This document shows positions 39,680 through 54,760 of a stretch of DNA of 64,000 nt, piece by piece (the first letter of the stretch is position 1; every line of letters begins with the position of its first letter). The stretch lies in the NCBI RefSeq assembly GCF_009914755.1, contig NC_060927.1. One strand, given 5' to 3'. This DNA is from the human T2T-CHM13v2.0 reference genome, Homo sapiens. The position numbers and the translations under genes were made by a program. The notes beneath the pieces are model-generated. The model saw nothing but the letters and a program-made list of their open reading frames with translations, did not search any database and had not been told where the DNA came from.

Positions 39680-41061
39680 CTGCAACAATTTAATAACCGG
39701 TTTTATAAGTTAGTTTTGGCTGTGTAACAAACCATTCTAAAACAGAGTGACTTAAAAGAAACAATCCATTTAGCCCATAATTCTGTGGGTTTGTAATTTT
39801 TAAAAATTAATATAGTTTTTAAAATTTCAATAGCTTTTGGGGTGTAAGTGGTTTTTTGTTACACAGATGAATTACATAGCGGTGAAGTCTGAGATTTTAG
39901 TGCACCCTTCGCCTGAGTAGTGAACATTGTACCCAATGTGTAGTTTATTTATCCCTCACTGTGCCCCACCCTCTCTCTTCTGAGTCTCCAAAGTCCATTA
40001 TCTCACTCTGTATGTCTTCACATACTCATAGCTTAGTTCCCACTTATAAGTGAGAGCGTATGGTATTTGGTTTTCCATTCTTGAGTTACTTCACTGAAAA
40101 TAATGGCCTCCTCTCCTTTGTAGCCAGTGGGCCAGGAAAGAAGAAAAAATAATGGTCCCCAGCTCTATCCAAGTTGCTGCAAAAGACATTATTTTGTGCT
40201 TTTTTATAGCTGAGTAGTTTTCCATGGTGTGTATGTATATCACATTTTCTTTATCATTGTTCGATGGTCACTTACACTGATTGATTTCTTTGCGACTGTG
40301 AGTTGGCTGCAATAAACATACACATGCAAGTGTCTTTTTGACATAATGACTTCTTTTCCTTTGCATAGATACCCAGTAGTGGGATTGCTAGATTGAATGG
40401 TAGTTCTACTTTTAGTTATTTAAGGAATCTTCATACTGTTTTGCATACAGGTTTTACTAATTTACATTCTCACCAGCAGTATGTGAGTGTTCCCTTTTTA
40501 CCACACCCATACCAACGTCTATTGTTTTTTTTTTTCATTTTAGTAATGGCCATTCTTGCAGGAGTAAGGTGGTATCTCTCTGTGGTTTTAATTTGCATTT
40601 CCCTGATCTTCCTTTGAGAAACGCCTATTCATGTCATTTGCCCACTTTTCGATGGGATTATTCATTTTTTTCTTGCTGATTTGTTTGAGTTCCTAGTAGA
40701 TTCTTGGTATTAGTCCTTTGTCGAGTGCATAGTTTGCAAATATTTTCTCCCATTCTGTGGGTTGTCTGTTTACTCTGATTATTCCTTTTGCTGTACAGAG
40801 GCTTTTTAGTTTAATTAGGTGCCATTTATTTAGTTTTGTTTTAGTTGCATTTGCTTTTAGGGTCCTAGTCATTAATTTTTTGCCTAGGCCAATGCCCAGA
40901 AGAGTTTTTCCTAGGTTATCTTCTGGAATTTTTGTGGTTTCAGGTCTTTGATTTAAATAGTTCTTTGCTCCATCTTGAGTTGATTTTTGGGTAAGGTGAG
41001 AGATAGGCATCCAGTTTCATCTTCTACATGTGGCTGGCCCGTTTTCCCAGCACCATTTATT

Positions 41062-41539
41062 AATTTATTTAATTTACCATTTTATTATAAAAGATATTGC
41101 AAAGGATACAGATGAAGAGAAGCATAGGATGAAGTATAGGGGAAGGGATTTGGAGCTTCCATGCTCTCCTTGGGTGGGCCCTGCTCCAGGAACTTCCTTA
41201 TGTTCGCTCTCCAGAAGCTCACTGAACCCTCTTGAGTCCTCTTGAGTTTTTATGGAAGCTTCATTACATCAGTATTCCTTTGCCCCAGGGGATAGTGTGC
41301 GACCCTCTCATGGGAGAGTCTAAACATCCACAATCAGAAAGGTGGAGAACATTAGAGTCCTACCTTGGGGCAGGTGAAAGGAGGGCGGGAGAAGGTCAGA
41401 GGCCTAACACACCCAGCATTATAACAAAAGACTGCAACAAGGGTTATGGGAGTTATGAGCCAGAACTGTGGATGAAAATCAATATATATCATAACACCAC
41501 AGGCCACTCCTGATTTTTAACCACGGATCCTTTACATCT

Positions 41540-41594
<55 letters not shown>

Positions 41595-41932
41595 CTGTAT
41601 ACACAATCATTAATAACTAGTTCAGTCTATCATATTGTATGAATGTCTCCCAGGATGAGGCCACTCACATTTGTAGGTTTCCTCACAATCTTTTCAGGTT
41701 CCAAAAGCAGGAGTGGCCTTGGTAAATATACAGCTTCACCCTTACAGGTATCTGGAATAATGAGCTAAGAGACAATGTCATCTTTTGCTCTGAGACTCTT
41801 GGGTCGTTAATGTAATATTGAATTTTCCTCAATTAATAACCCACTTATTTATTTCTTTACTCTTAGCTACTATTTCTCTTTCTTTCCATTAATACCCAAA
41901 CTTTTTCATCTTTGGAAGGGGCATTAGAATCA
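41062..41932 (-). mobile_element. MER21-like ERV fragment (internal 3' end plus U5-less LTR) nested in L1PB
   Basis: MER21-type 'aaaggatacagatgaagag...ggagcttccatgc'; LTR TG start at 41501 after a purine-rich tract; 15 bp flanking duplication. Confidence 0.72.
41537..41594. repeat. (CTAT)n microsatellite
   Basis: ~14 units with one interruption. Confidence 0.95.
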
Positions 41933-43884
41933 CCAGTGCTATTTATTAAACAGAGTGTCCTTTCCCCAATTTATGATTTTGTGTGCTTTGTCAAAGATCA
42001 GTTGGTTGTAAAGTATTTGGCTTTATTTCTGGGTTCTCGATTCTGTTCCACTGGCCTATGTGTCTACTTTTTGTACCAGTACCATGCTCTTTTGGTGACT
42101 ACAGCCTTGTAGTATAATTTGAATTCCAGTAATGTGATGCCTTCAGATTTGTTCTTCATGCTTATGATTTCTTTGGCTACTTGGGCTCTTTTTTGGTTTT
42201 ATATGATTTTTAGGATTTTTTTTTCTAATTCTGTGAAAAACGATGTTGGTATTTTGATAGGAATTGCATTGAATCTGTAGATTGCTTTGGGCAGTATGAT
42301 CATTTTCATGGTATTGATTCTTCTAATCCATGAGCATGGGGTGTGTTTTCATTTGTTTGTGCCATCCATGATTTATTTTAGCAGTATTTTGTTGTTCTCC
42401 TTGTAGAGATATTTCACCTCTTTGGTTAAGTATATTCCTAGGTATCTTGTTTTATTTTGCAGCTGTTGTAAAAGGGATTGAGTTCTTGATTTCATTCTCA
42501 ACTTGTTTGTTGTTGGTGTATAGCAGTGCTACTGATTTGTGCGCACTGATTTTATAACCTGAGACTTTACTGAATTCATCTATCAAATCTGGGAGTCTTT
42601 TGGCGGGGTCCTTAGGGTTTTCTAGGTATATGACCATATCACTGGGGAAGAGTGATAGTCTGACTTCCTCTCTTGCAATTTGGATGTCCTTTATTTCTTT
42701 CTCTTGTTTAATTGCTCTGGCTAAGACTTTCAGTATATGTTGAATAGAAGTGGTGAAAGTGGGCATCCTTGTCTTGTCCCAGTTGTTGGGGTATGCTTTC
42801 AAAATTTCCCCATTCAGTATGATGTTGGCTGTGGGTTTGTCATATATGACTTTTACTATTTTGAGGTAAGTCCCTTCTATGCCTAGTTTGTTGAGGGTTT
42901 TTTTAAAAAAATCATAATGGGATGTTGGATTTTATTGAATACTTTTCTGTATTTATTGAGGTGATTATTTGGTTTTTGTTTTTAATTCTGTTTATGTGAT
43001 GTATCACATTTATTGACTTGCATGTGTTAAACTATCCCTGCATCCCTGGGGTGAAACTGTGGGTTGGCAATTTGTGCTGGCATCAGCTAGGTGATTCTTA
43101 TGGCCTTGACTAGCATCAATCATGTGTCTGTGGTCTGCTGCTGATCAGTTAGGCAATCTGCTTCTGGATCTTGCAAGGTCAATTGGAGTGATGGGGATAA
43201 CTCGCCACAGGTATTTCATCCACCAGAAGGCCAGCTTAGGCTTTTCTTATGGTAGGACAGAGTTCCAAGAAAACAAGCAAAAACATGCAAGGATCCCCGA
43301 GGCCTGTGCTCGAAACTGGCAAAAATGTCTCTTCTGCCATACTTCATTGGCCAAAGCTAGTCCCAGGGTCAGACCCAAACGACAGACACAGATTCTGCTT
43401 CTGGATGGAAGGATGTGCAAAGTCACATTGAAAAGAGGTGTTGATATAGGGAGGAGAATAATTTGGGCTATTTTTGCAAAAAAATCTGCCATGCTGTCGC
43501 ATACCAGGGTGGCTGGCTGACTATTGGCTCTGTTGCAAATTAAGCATTTATAATTTGCATTTTTCGACATTATGTATAGCAGTGTCATGAACATCATATT
43601 CTTCTTGAAGACTGCCATTCCTGGCATTAGAAAAATACTTACTAATGGAACAGGTTTAGAAGACCTTTAGTCATTCAGGAACCATTTATTCAGCACCCCT
43701 CTGCACTAACTGAAGAGACAGCATAAGCAGCAGATATATTTGTTTGGAGTCTAGAAGGGAAGATACACAGCAGTGAACGGCACAATGTGGAATGTGGTTT
43801 CTGTTTTGGTCATAGTGTGTGTGAAGGGGTTTGGGAGCAAAGGGAGGGACTACCCAGAGGGACGGGTGTGGGTAAGGAAAGTGT

Positions 43885-43890
<6 letters not shown>

Positions 43891-43928
<38 letters not shown>
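43891..43928. repeat. (GT)n microsatellite
   Basis: 19 units. Confidence 0.97.
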
Positions 43929-43929
<1 letters not shown>

Positions 43930-44249
43930 TGTGTCTTGTGTAAAGCAAGGCTTCCAGTACTAATGGCAAAGTTTAGTTTTGAAAAATGAGTTAGTCAAGG
44001 AATGTGGTGAGCAGTGAATTTCAGGAACCACAAGGTATTTCATCCCAGATAATGAGGTTAGAGAGCAAGCCACAGTGAGATGGCAGTGAAAAGCAGGGCA
44101 GGGTCCCAAATTCCTTCAGCCTGTTCTTGTTGGAGGCAATGCAGGGTCACTGACAGGTACACATTTCATTGTGTAGGGTTGGTGCTGAAGACAGGGGCCC
44201 CATCCAGTGCAGGCTGTTTGACTCCTTGCAGTAAGTACTTTTCTAATGC

Positions 44250-45470
44250 CAAGAATGGTAAAGTCATCTGGTTCCGGGGCAAGAACCTGGAACCAGAGAA
44301 GGGATTTCTTTTCTTACTGAACACAGCTTGGTTATCTGTGAAGTCACACTAGAAGAAATAAACTTGGTCTTACCTCACATTTTTCACTAAAATAAGTTCC
44401 AGGTAGATCAAAGATTTGGGCATTTAAAAAGTAAAGTCATAAAATATTAGTAGAAAATAGAATTATTTTAATCTCAAAATGGGCAAGACTTTTCTAAGAA
44501 CTATACAAACCCAGATATCATAGTAAATGAGATTGATGCATTTGACTACATAAAACAAAAATGGAAATTAAAAAAAACACCTGAGTTGCAAAAAACACCA
44601 TATGGAAAGTAAAAAAACCCCAACAAATTAGGAAAAAATATTTGTAATGTGGTGGCCTTGCTATCAGTTATTTAGTTTTCCAAACATTATTTTGTTGAAA
44701 AAAAAAAACCATTTCTTACTGACTTAAAGTGTAACCCTGACCATATGTGATGTGTTTATCTATTTATGCAGACTCACATGGGCCTCTTTGTGGGCTTTAC
44801 ATTCTGTTCCTTTCATGTATTTATTCTTTCATGTGTCCTGCCCTATTATTTTAATTACTATAATATGGTAACATATCATAATGTCTCAAATTGCTTTTTA
44901 AAATGAGATGTTTGTTGAAAAGCTTTCTTTGCCCATGTAAAGGATTTTTCTATTTAAGAATATGGTATACCTTCTTATTAGTACAGGTCTTTTTTTTATA
45001 CATCCTTTAGGGGTAATTTAAACTTTTCTTCACACAGATTTTGCACATCTTAAGTTTATTTCTATGTATTTTATCATTTTTGGTTATTACAAATGAGATG
45101 TTTTCCTCTATGTTACCTTCTAACTGGCTATTAAGCTCTCCATATTAATTTTCTATCCCTCTAACCTACAAAATGTTTTATTGTTTACAATAGATTTTCA
45201 TCTTATTCTCTTGGACTTTTATTGGTTAATAATCATATCAGTAACAAGTACTCCTATCTTTGTCTTCACTTTTAATTTTTTTTGTACTTTATATTTCCAT
45301 CTATTGTTGACTTCATTGGATAGAATTTCCAGAATTATGTTAAATAATAAGGGCAATGGTGGACATTCTTCTCTTTTTCTTGACTTTAATGAGAGTGCGT
45401 CTTGTGTTTTCCCATTAAATATGAGGCTGGTTTAAAGACTGAGATACATATATCTATCACATCAACAAAG
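44250..45470. mobile_element. Old L1M fragments (sense ~44250-44650, antisense ~44650-45470)
   Basis: ORF2-like A-rich then T-rich segments, e.g. 'ttccagaattatgttaaataataagggcaatggtggacattcttc'. Confidence 0.55.
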
Positions 45471-45639
45471 CATCTGTCATTAGCAGTGTCTGCTACAACC
45501 AACTGCTTACGGTAGCTAAGTATCTGCTTTTTTTGCTATGTGGAACATAATAATTCCTGCCCCAAGGGGAGTTCCATTTAGGTCCTGCCTCTGACCAAAG
45601 GCCAGTTCTGCCCATGAAGTCCAAATAGGCTTCCTTTGG

Positions 45640-45950
45640 TTTATTATTATTATTATTATTATTTTAGAGACAGGGTCTTGGTCTGTCACCTAGGTCAGAG
45701 TGCAGTGGTGTGATCATGGCTCACTGGAGCCTCATACTCCTGGGCTCCAGTGATCCTCCTGCCTCAGCCTCCCAAGTAGTTAGGACTACAGGCACACCAC
45801 CATGCCTGGCTAATTTTTACATTTTTTTTTTGTACAGACAGGGTCTCACTGTGTTGTACAGGCTGGTCTCGAACTCTTGGCCTCAAGCAATCCTCCTGCC
45901 TTGGCCTTCCAAAACTCTAAGATTATAGGTGTGAGCCACTGTCTTGGTCT
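45640..45950 (-). mobile_element. AluJ with (TTA)n tail
   Basis: Antisense J-type dimer. Confidence 0.9.
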
Positions 45951-46799
45951 GGTGGTCTTTAAACTAAAAGAAAAGTTATTTAGTCACAACACAGCTGACA
46001 TACAGTCACTCAGTGGACACAGGATAATCACAACAGAAACTCCCATGCTCAAAAGGGAAAATGGGAAATGCTGTAGACGTTGGTCCATGGCAGAGATTAC
46101 AGTGAGCTCTAATGGCAAAGATTCCCTTTTCTGGCTGTAGAACACATTTCATGGTGGGGCTACTTGGATCTCCTGTTTCTGTTCTCTGGGAAAAATGCCC
46201 TGTTCATTATCTACTGGTGTCCCTGCCTCTGCCCAAGGGAACTTTCTTCCTTGTCTTTTATTGCTCATGGCCATAAAAATACTGCACTATCAGTCAACTT
46301 AGGTTTTCAGCCACAGACAGAAAGTACCTCTCTTAGCAAAATTATTTTCCCTTCCATCTCTGTTTCTGATGGGCTGGCTCTAGACTGAGGTCATCTGTCT
46401 TGTAGAGTTGCATGAAAGAAAACAAAAAAGCAGCTAATGCCCACCAAAACTAAGATTTTCTCCTAATGCTTCAGCCTCCTTTGGCAGGTTGTCTTCAAGA
46501 TACCACCTGTGAGGGTTTAACTCACCCATGAGCTTTGTATGGAGTAAGAGTCACCAGATTATCAGCCTGTGGTACTGTATTTCATGTAAGATGTTAGTAA
46601 TTGTTAGACACATCTTACTCAAAAATGTTAACATATAAAAAAAAGGCCTATGACAATTGTCAGATGCTCTTAGCTTTAGGATGCAGATCACTTTCAGAGA
46701 TGTAAGAATGTGCAAAAATGTGCAGCTTAGACAAGTACCCATGTCTACGTCTTTGCCGTCTGCTGTCTCCCTAATTGTACTGGATAATATCACTTTTTA

Positions 46800-47185
46800 G
46801 GCTTTGTAACTTGAAGCTTCCTACCTGTGCATACCAAATTCTGTTTACATTAAGGTTCATTGTTGTTCTGCTCTCTTCAATGTTCAGTTTCCACTTGTGG
46901 TCCAAGATGGCTGCTCCAGCACCAGGAGCTGTGCCACTTTCCCACCAGCAGGAAGGAGGGAAGGGACTAAAATGGACATTCTCTCCTCTTTTAAGTATAT
47001 GTCCAGGAAGTTGTGCATGCCATTTCTGCCTATATCCCATTGTCTAGAAGTTAGTTACATGGTTACACTTAGCTAGGAGAATACCATTTTTATTCTAGGC
47101 AGCCAAGTGTCCACATAGTATTCAGGTACTTAATTACTATGCAAGGAAAGGATGCATATTGGAAACACCTAACAGTTTCTACAGG
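46800..47185 (-). mobile_element. MLT1-type MaLR LTR
   Basis: 'gtccaagatggctgctccagcaccagg', 'cccattgtctagaagttagttacatgg'. Confidence 0.6.
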
Positions 47186-48100
47186 TCTCTGAAATAGTCC
47201 TATTTTTATTAAATGAAATTGTCCTCAAGAAGATATATAGTTTTGTTAGATGCTTTTTGAACATCTCTGGAGGTGGTTAAACTATTTTTTGAATTATTTT
47301 AATAGATTACTTAATATTGAACCATCTTTGCTTTCCTGGAATAAACTCCACTTGGCCAGGTAGTATTAATTTTTAAATTTGTTTCTGGATTCTGTTTGCT
47401 AATATTTAAGAGTTTTTGCAATGATATTTATAAGGAGGATTGGCTCATTTTTGTTTCTTTGTTTTTGGTGCATCCATGCTCTGCTCTGCTCTGTCTGTAC
47501 AGCTGTAATTCTTCTAGGCATGAAAGGGGTGCGCCTCTCACTGGAGCTAAGGCCTGTTATAATCTTGAGTTTGCACAGTGTCTAGGATGTGGGGATGGCA
47601 CCTTTTAGTCTCTGTGGCCTCTCCATCCTGTGGTGTCCAGGAGCCCTTTCTTAGGACCTGTGTGGAATCTGTCACTTTCAGCCTTGTGTTATAGGCTTCT
47701 ATGTCTGTCTTCTATTCTCTGCTGACTCAAGCCTCCTGTGACCAGTCACTCCTTCCTCATACACAGAGTGAGCACTCTTTCACTACCAGGTACTGAAGTC
47801 ACAGGGTGGGAGGGGCCTAGTGCTGTGCTACAGGATTTCCCAGTCTGGAAGGGAGAGGCTTTTTATGGAAACAGATCTGTGACATGGGAATGAGTGTCAT
47901 GGATGATTCTACAACGTGTTGGGGCTCAGAGACCTGGGAGATGCTGCTATGAGGTGTTGATGAACGAGTTGAGTCTTGAAGCAAGATTAAGAGTGCCTGA
48001 CAGAAATCCAATCAGTGCTCAATAAATATTTGGTGAGTGAATATATGAAGATATTCTGCTAGGCAGATAAGACAAGGGAAGGAAAAACATGTGAGAAGAT

Positions 48101-48528
<428 letters not shown>

Positions 48529-48649
48529 TCAAACACCTTGGATGTGGAGTGTGGGTTCTAGTTTAAAGACTAGGAGTGACCAGATGTCTCTTTTTAAGAT
48601 GGGCAGGACGTGATCAGATTTGAGGTCTGAACTTGAATCTAATTTAACT

Positions 48650-49020
48650 TATTTTTTCTTTTTTATTGACACATAACATACATAAAATGTGCAAAGTACA
48701 TTAATCTTAAGTGCACAGTTTGATAAACTTTTTTATAGATACACCTGTGGAATCACCACCCATATCAAAGATGTAGAACATTTCCAGCTCCCTGGGAGTT
48801 TCTCTTGTGACCCTTCCTAGTCAATAACTTCTCTTATCTCCACTGTTTTGACTTCCATCATCATGGACTAGTTTTGCCTGTTCTTGAATTTCCTATAAGT
48901 AGAAGCATACAGCATGTTCTCTTTTGTATCTGGCTTCCTTAACTCATCATGTCTATGAAATTCATTCATGTTCTTCTATGTATCAACAGTTTGCATGTTT
49001 TTATTGCTGTATGATTTAAT
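48650..49020 (-). mobile_element. L1ME-type 3' end
   Basis: 'ttgacacataacatacata...aatcttaagtgcacagtttgat...gttttgcctgttcttgaattt'. Confidence 0.7.
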
Positions 49021-50293
49021 TTTAATTCCACAATGCCAGTATAATGCTAGTGACCCCAATATTGTAAATACCCAATGAATATTAGCTGAAAAAATGAATG
49101 AATGAGGGAATGAATGGATGAAATCTTTCTATTCATTTCTATTAAAAGAAGCCCTTAACAATGAGAATTTATCTATATTCATGGTTGCTTTTTTCCTCCC
49201 AATTTTTGTGATTATCATTCATGCCACTTCTACTTGCAGGGGCAAAATTTATGGAGATGACACTCTCTAGGGTTGTACCTGGCTTCCATGAGACTTGAGT
49301 TTTGCAGATCACTTGGTGTCCTCTCCTGAGTCCTGCCTCCTGGGGCCTGATTTCCCTGGAGTTGTGATTAGGCGGGTTGGAGTCCTGCTTATTGGAGTCC
49401 TGCTTCCTGGGGCCTGATTTCCCTGGAGTTGTGATCAGGCAGGTTCTGATGAGCCACCTCTGCACTCACATGCCCTGTTCTTACACTTGGAGGGCCCATT
49501 GGTGGGTTCCACAGCAGGGGTGACTCTTCAGAACCTGGATGGCTCTCCTTCTAGGTCCTTTCCCAGCTATTGGCCTACAACCAGCCTCAGAGCTCTCAGT
49601 TTCCCTACTAGCTGAGTGAGGTATGTGAGGGAGGAAGGCTGCTAATCATGCACATGTGCATACGCCCAAAGCATGGCCCCCGCTGACTCTGCACTTCTAT
49701 CTGAAACTGCCATATTCCTCTGCCTTTGTGTGACAATATCAAAGGCTCATGCTAGAATGCAAAGGTGTTATGACGACAGTGGCAGTGACTAGATCCTATA
49801 GTCATTTTTATATTTACAGTTGTCTTCATGTAATAACAACTACTGCTCTCCAGGCGCCATCTGGCCTTATCTGTCTCTCCAGACTCAACTTGAGCCTATC
49901 ACTGTCTTCCCTGGGCTCTGCTCTTTCTCAGCACGGGGACTTTACACATACCGTTTCCCGTAAAATGCTCCTAATTCTGTCCTTCCCCATTCCCCTCCGT
50001 CTTTGTCAGGCATTATTACTTCCTGCTTCTGCATCAGATGCATTCCATCTGTTGAATCTTCAAGGAGCAAGCCCTCTGCAAAACCCCAGCCTCACACCCA
50101 GTCTGGGCCTCTTGTCCTGTAGTGCAGGCCCCAACGCCATCACTCTGGATATTGTAACAGCTATCACAGAGCATAATTAAGCTTTTGCTTCCAACATCCC
50201 TCGATTCAAATCCGGCTCCATCACCAGTGTGTAAACCCCACAAGAGACAACAGGGACCATGTCTGCTTTGCCTCCTGTGAGCCTAGCGCCTAG

Positions 50294-50677
<384 letters not shown>

Positions 50678-52099
50678 TAAATAAATGAGTGAGAAGTTTC
50701 ATTTTGTGTTAGATTTTTAAAGAAAAATAGAGAACATCTTTCTGTCCTTTCCCACCAAGCCTGTCCCTCCCACCCACACACAACAGTCCTGATGGAGACA
50801 GTTGATAGGACACTTAGGTGGCTTCTGGTGTTCAGGCCTACCACCCAGAGTCTTTTTGGACATGAGGAACTTTGAATTAATGACCGAGGAGAGCCCTGAG
50901 AGCATTTGCAGGCAGCACTGGGTAAAGTGCACAAAGCAGTTGGTGGTGCCAGGCTGTGAGGCCATTAGTACAGGGAAAAGGGCTTGCGTGGAGAGCCCTG
51001 GCCAATTACCAGGAGAGTAGGAGACAGGAAGGTGCATCCAGGTTCACACAAGTCCCAGCCTGCTGGTGTGTTATCTAACGTGACAGACTCAGTGTGACCC
51101 TCCTTCCTTTTGGAACAGAAAGATGTCATTTAGCATTTTTTTGACTCAGGCTGGAGCAGCAAGCTGGGATGAGAAATCTTTTCTTGCCAACTCATTAAGG
51201 ATTGGGCTAGGCCCTCAGGAAACCTGCAAACTCAGGCCACTTAGCAGAAAAGTCCCGATGGCATGTCCTTACCTGCAGAGCCTCTTACTTCTTCAGGGCT
51301 TCCATTTTCCCTTCTGGGTAGGAGTACAAGGAAGGCTGAGAAAAGTGAGAGGGTGGAGTTGAGGGAAGAAGTCAAGGGCACAGGGACTGCCTTCTGAGGT
51401 CTCAGTGTCTCCCCACCTTTCTCAGGGACCCATGTGTCCACAGAGCTTTGTACTCTGCAGCTGTAGCCTTACTATGAGTCAAAGGTGCCCTGTTGCCGAG
51501 TAGGTTCAGTGTTACAAACATTTACTGAGCTCTGCTGTGTTCCAGGCCCTGTGCTGGGCTCTGGGGGTCCAGAGGTGTCTGGGAAACTCTTGGAGATCAG
51601 ATGTGTAAGCAGTTACCCTTAACACAAAGAGATATGGGCAACGTTAGAAGGATTAGAGATCTTGTGCCCTTGATAGCAGCTGTACCCAGGAGAGGGTGGC
51701 TGGGCTACTATGTGTATCAGGGAAGCTTCTAGGGAAGAGGGGTGTAGGCAGGTTTCCCATGATGAATGGATGCTTGGTGGATGGACAAGGGCATTTTAAA
51801 CAGGAAAGTCACAGTGGTGCCAAATAGCATGACATATTTTGACAACCACCACACTGCTTTGCGACTCCTGGCTAAAATGTATTGCTCATTTACCAAGTGC
51901 CAGGGAATGTTCTGTTTTCTCTGCCTTGTCTCTTGTGTCCTCACACTATGCCTAAGAAGTAAGAAGTGTCATTATCTCATTTCATAGTTCAGGAACTGGG
52001 GCACAGGGAGGTTGAATGACTTATCTGAAATTTACGTTCATAAGTGGCTAATAAGGAGTGGATCAGGTTTGTTGGACTTCAAAGTCCATAATAATGATA

Positions 52100-52350
52100 A
52101 TGATAATAATAGCCAGAATCTAATGATTGCAGTTAATGCTTTCTGCACACTTACTGAGTGCCAAGCACTGTGCTAAACATTATTTTAGTTAATTCTCACA
52201 ACATTCAGGTCTGTACAATTTTCTCTCTACTTTGCAGATGAGGAAACCAGGGAACGGTTAAGTGACGCCCAGAAAGATAGCTCATAGCTGGTGGGGCTAA
52301 GATTTGCCCCCAGGCAGCCTTAAGGTGGAGCCTATGCTTGTAACCATTGT
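52100..52350 (-). mobile_element. MIR
   Basis: 'tttgcagatgaggaaaccagggaacggttaagtgacgccc' antisense core. Confidence 0.7.
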
Positions 52351-52953
52351 CCTTTCCTGCTGTGGCAGAAGGTGGAAGGTCAGAGTGAGGGAAGTTAAGT
52401 CTAGGGAGGTAGGCATTTAGGCCCCAGCCCTTGAAGGGCCTTGTTTGCCACATACAGAACCATGGAGTATTAAGCACGGCAGCCATGGAGTCGGGAAAGG
52501 CTCCAACTGGAAAGGCCCCCATTGCTTTTGGGGAGGCTGCTTTGAAAGGTCAACCCCAGTGTCTCCTCATTATTCCAGTTGGGGTCCAGTTTCCTTGAAT
52601 TCCATCTTTTTCTCCAACTAGAGTGTCAAGATCTGATGGGGGCAGAGGCTGTTCTATTTACTCCTCCTTGGTCTCTTCAGTGGCTTCTCATCTCTCAGGT
52701 CTCAGCTCAAATGTTCTTTCTTTGGGGGAAATCTTTATTGATTAATCTGGACGACCTAGATGAGGTTCTGCAGTTATAAGTTCTCACGGCACATCTTTCT
52801 TTTCTTGGTAGCACTTATGACCATTGGAATGAAATAATAATTATTTTGAATGTTGGTTTAATATCTATCTTTTCCTGTACTCCATGGACTGTAACTAGTT
52901 AATTAATTAATTAATTTTGTCATCTATTTAACAGATGTTTATTGAATGCCAGT

Positions 52954-53355
52954 TGCTATTGTTTGGGTGTGATTTTTTTGTCCCCAACAAATTTCAACAT
53001 TCAACACCATCCTCAGTGTGGTAGTGTTGGGAGATGGGGCCTAGTGGGAAGTGTTTGGGTTGTGGAGGCAGATCCCTCATGAATAGATTAATGCCCTTCC
53101 TTGGGGGTGAATGAATTCTGTATTAGTTCCCAAGAGAACTGGTTATTAAAAGACCTGGCATCTCCTCACCTCCACCTTGCTTCCTTTTGTCATGTGATCT
53201 CTGCACAGGTGACTCCTCTTTTGTCTTCTGACATGAGATGCTGGTGCCATGCTTCTCGTACAGCCTGCAGAAGTGTGAACCAAATAAACCTCTTTTCTTT
53301 ATAAATTACCCAGTCTCACATGTTCTTTTATAGCAACATAAAATGGACTAAGACA
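52954..53355 (+). mobile_element. MST-family MaLR solo LTR inserted in L2
   Basis: TGCTAT...GACTAAGACA termini; perfect 5 bp TSD ccagt (52949-52953, 53356-53360). Confidence 0.88.
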
Positions 53356-53360
53356 CCAGT

Positions 53361-54349
<989 letters not shown>

Positions 54350-54760
54350 CAATGTTTTAAAATGTACAAAATGAAATGCATAGGATAACAGTGGAAACTA
54401 ATTGCATTGAAATATAGTTATCAAATATTAAAAATAAATTTGTGATGTGAAGGTATATATGCTTCTTTATTTTATTAACTCCTTAAATGCCAATAAACAG
54501 TAGCAGTTCTTATAATTACTATAATTTCAAAGCAGTGATGGGTGTATATTTTGAGACCTCTACAACTGTTGTGTAGGATGAAGACACCTGGCATCATTAT
54601 TGGAGAGAAAGTCACAGGTACTGCTAATACTGCTGGAGTTTGTTGCCTGCATTCATAATCAAAGGAATTGCTAAATTTCAGGAAGAGGTGAATGAAAATA
54701 CCAAAGTAGACATTTTCACATTTATGTTTACTGTCCCTCAACCCTAAGTTAAAACTCCTG
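54350..54760. mobile_element. hAT-Charlie-type relic, opposite orientation to 31797-32315
   Basis: Reverse-complement similarity to the 31.8-32.3 kb element. Confidence 0.5.

Larger units (their letters stand above)
39800..43056 (-). mobile_element. 5'-truncated L1PB with 17 bp TSD
   Basis: ORFs 40693-41010 and 42452-42802 encode ORF2p remnants (RT 'SLFPSDMVIYLENPKD...FSKVSGYKI'); TSD ctgtgggtt(t/g)g(t/c)aattt at 39783-39799 and 43057-43073. Confidence 0.92.
39705..43495 (-). mobile_element. MLT1F/G/H-type LTR split by L1PB (parts ~39705-39799 and ~43057-43495)
   Basis: 'ctgtgtaacaaaccattctaaaac' start; resumes ctgtgggttggcaattt after the L1. Confidence 0.7.

Noticed and set aside
40693-42802. 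ORFs with reverse transcriptase/ORF2p similarity
   Set aside because: Broken remnants of a 5'-truncated, interrupted L1PB; not a functional gene.
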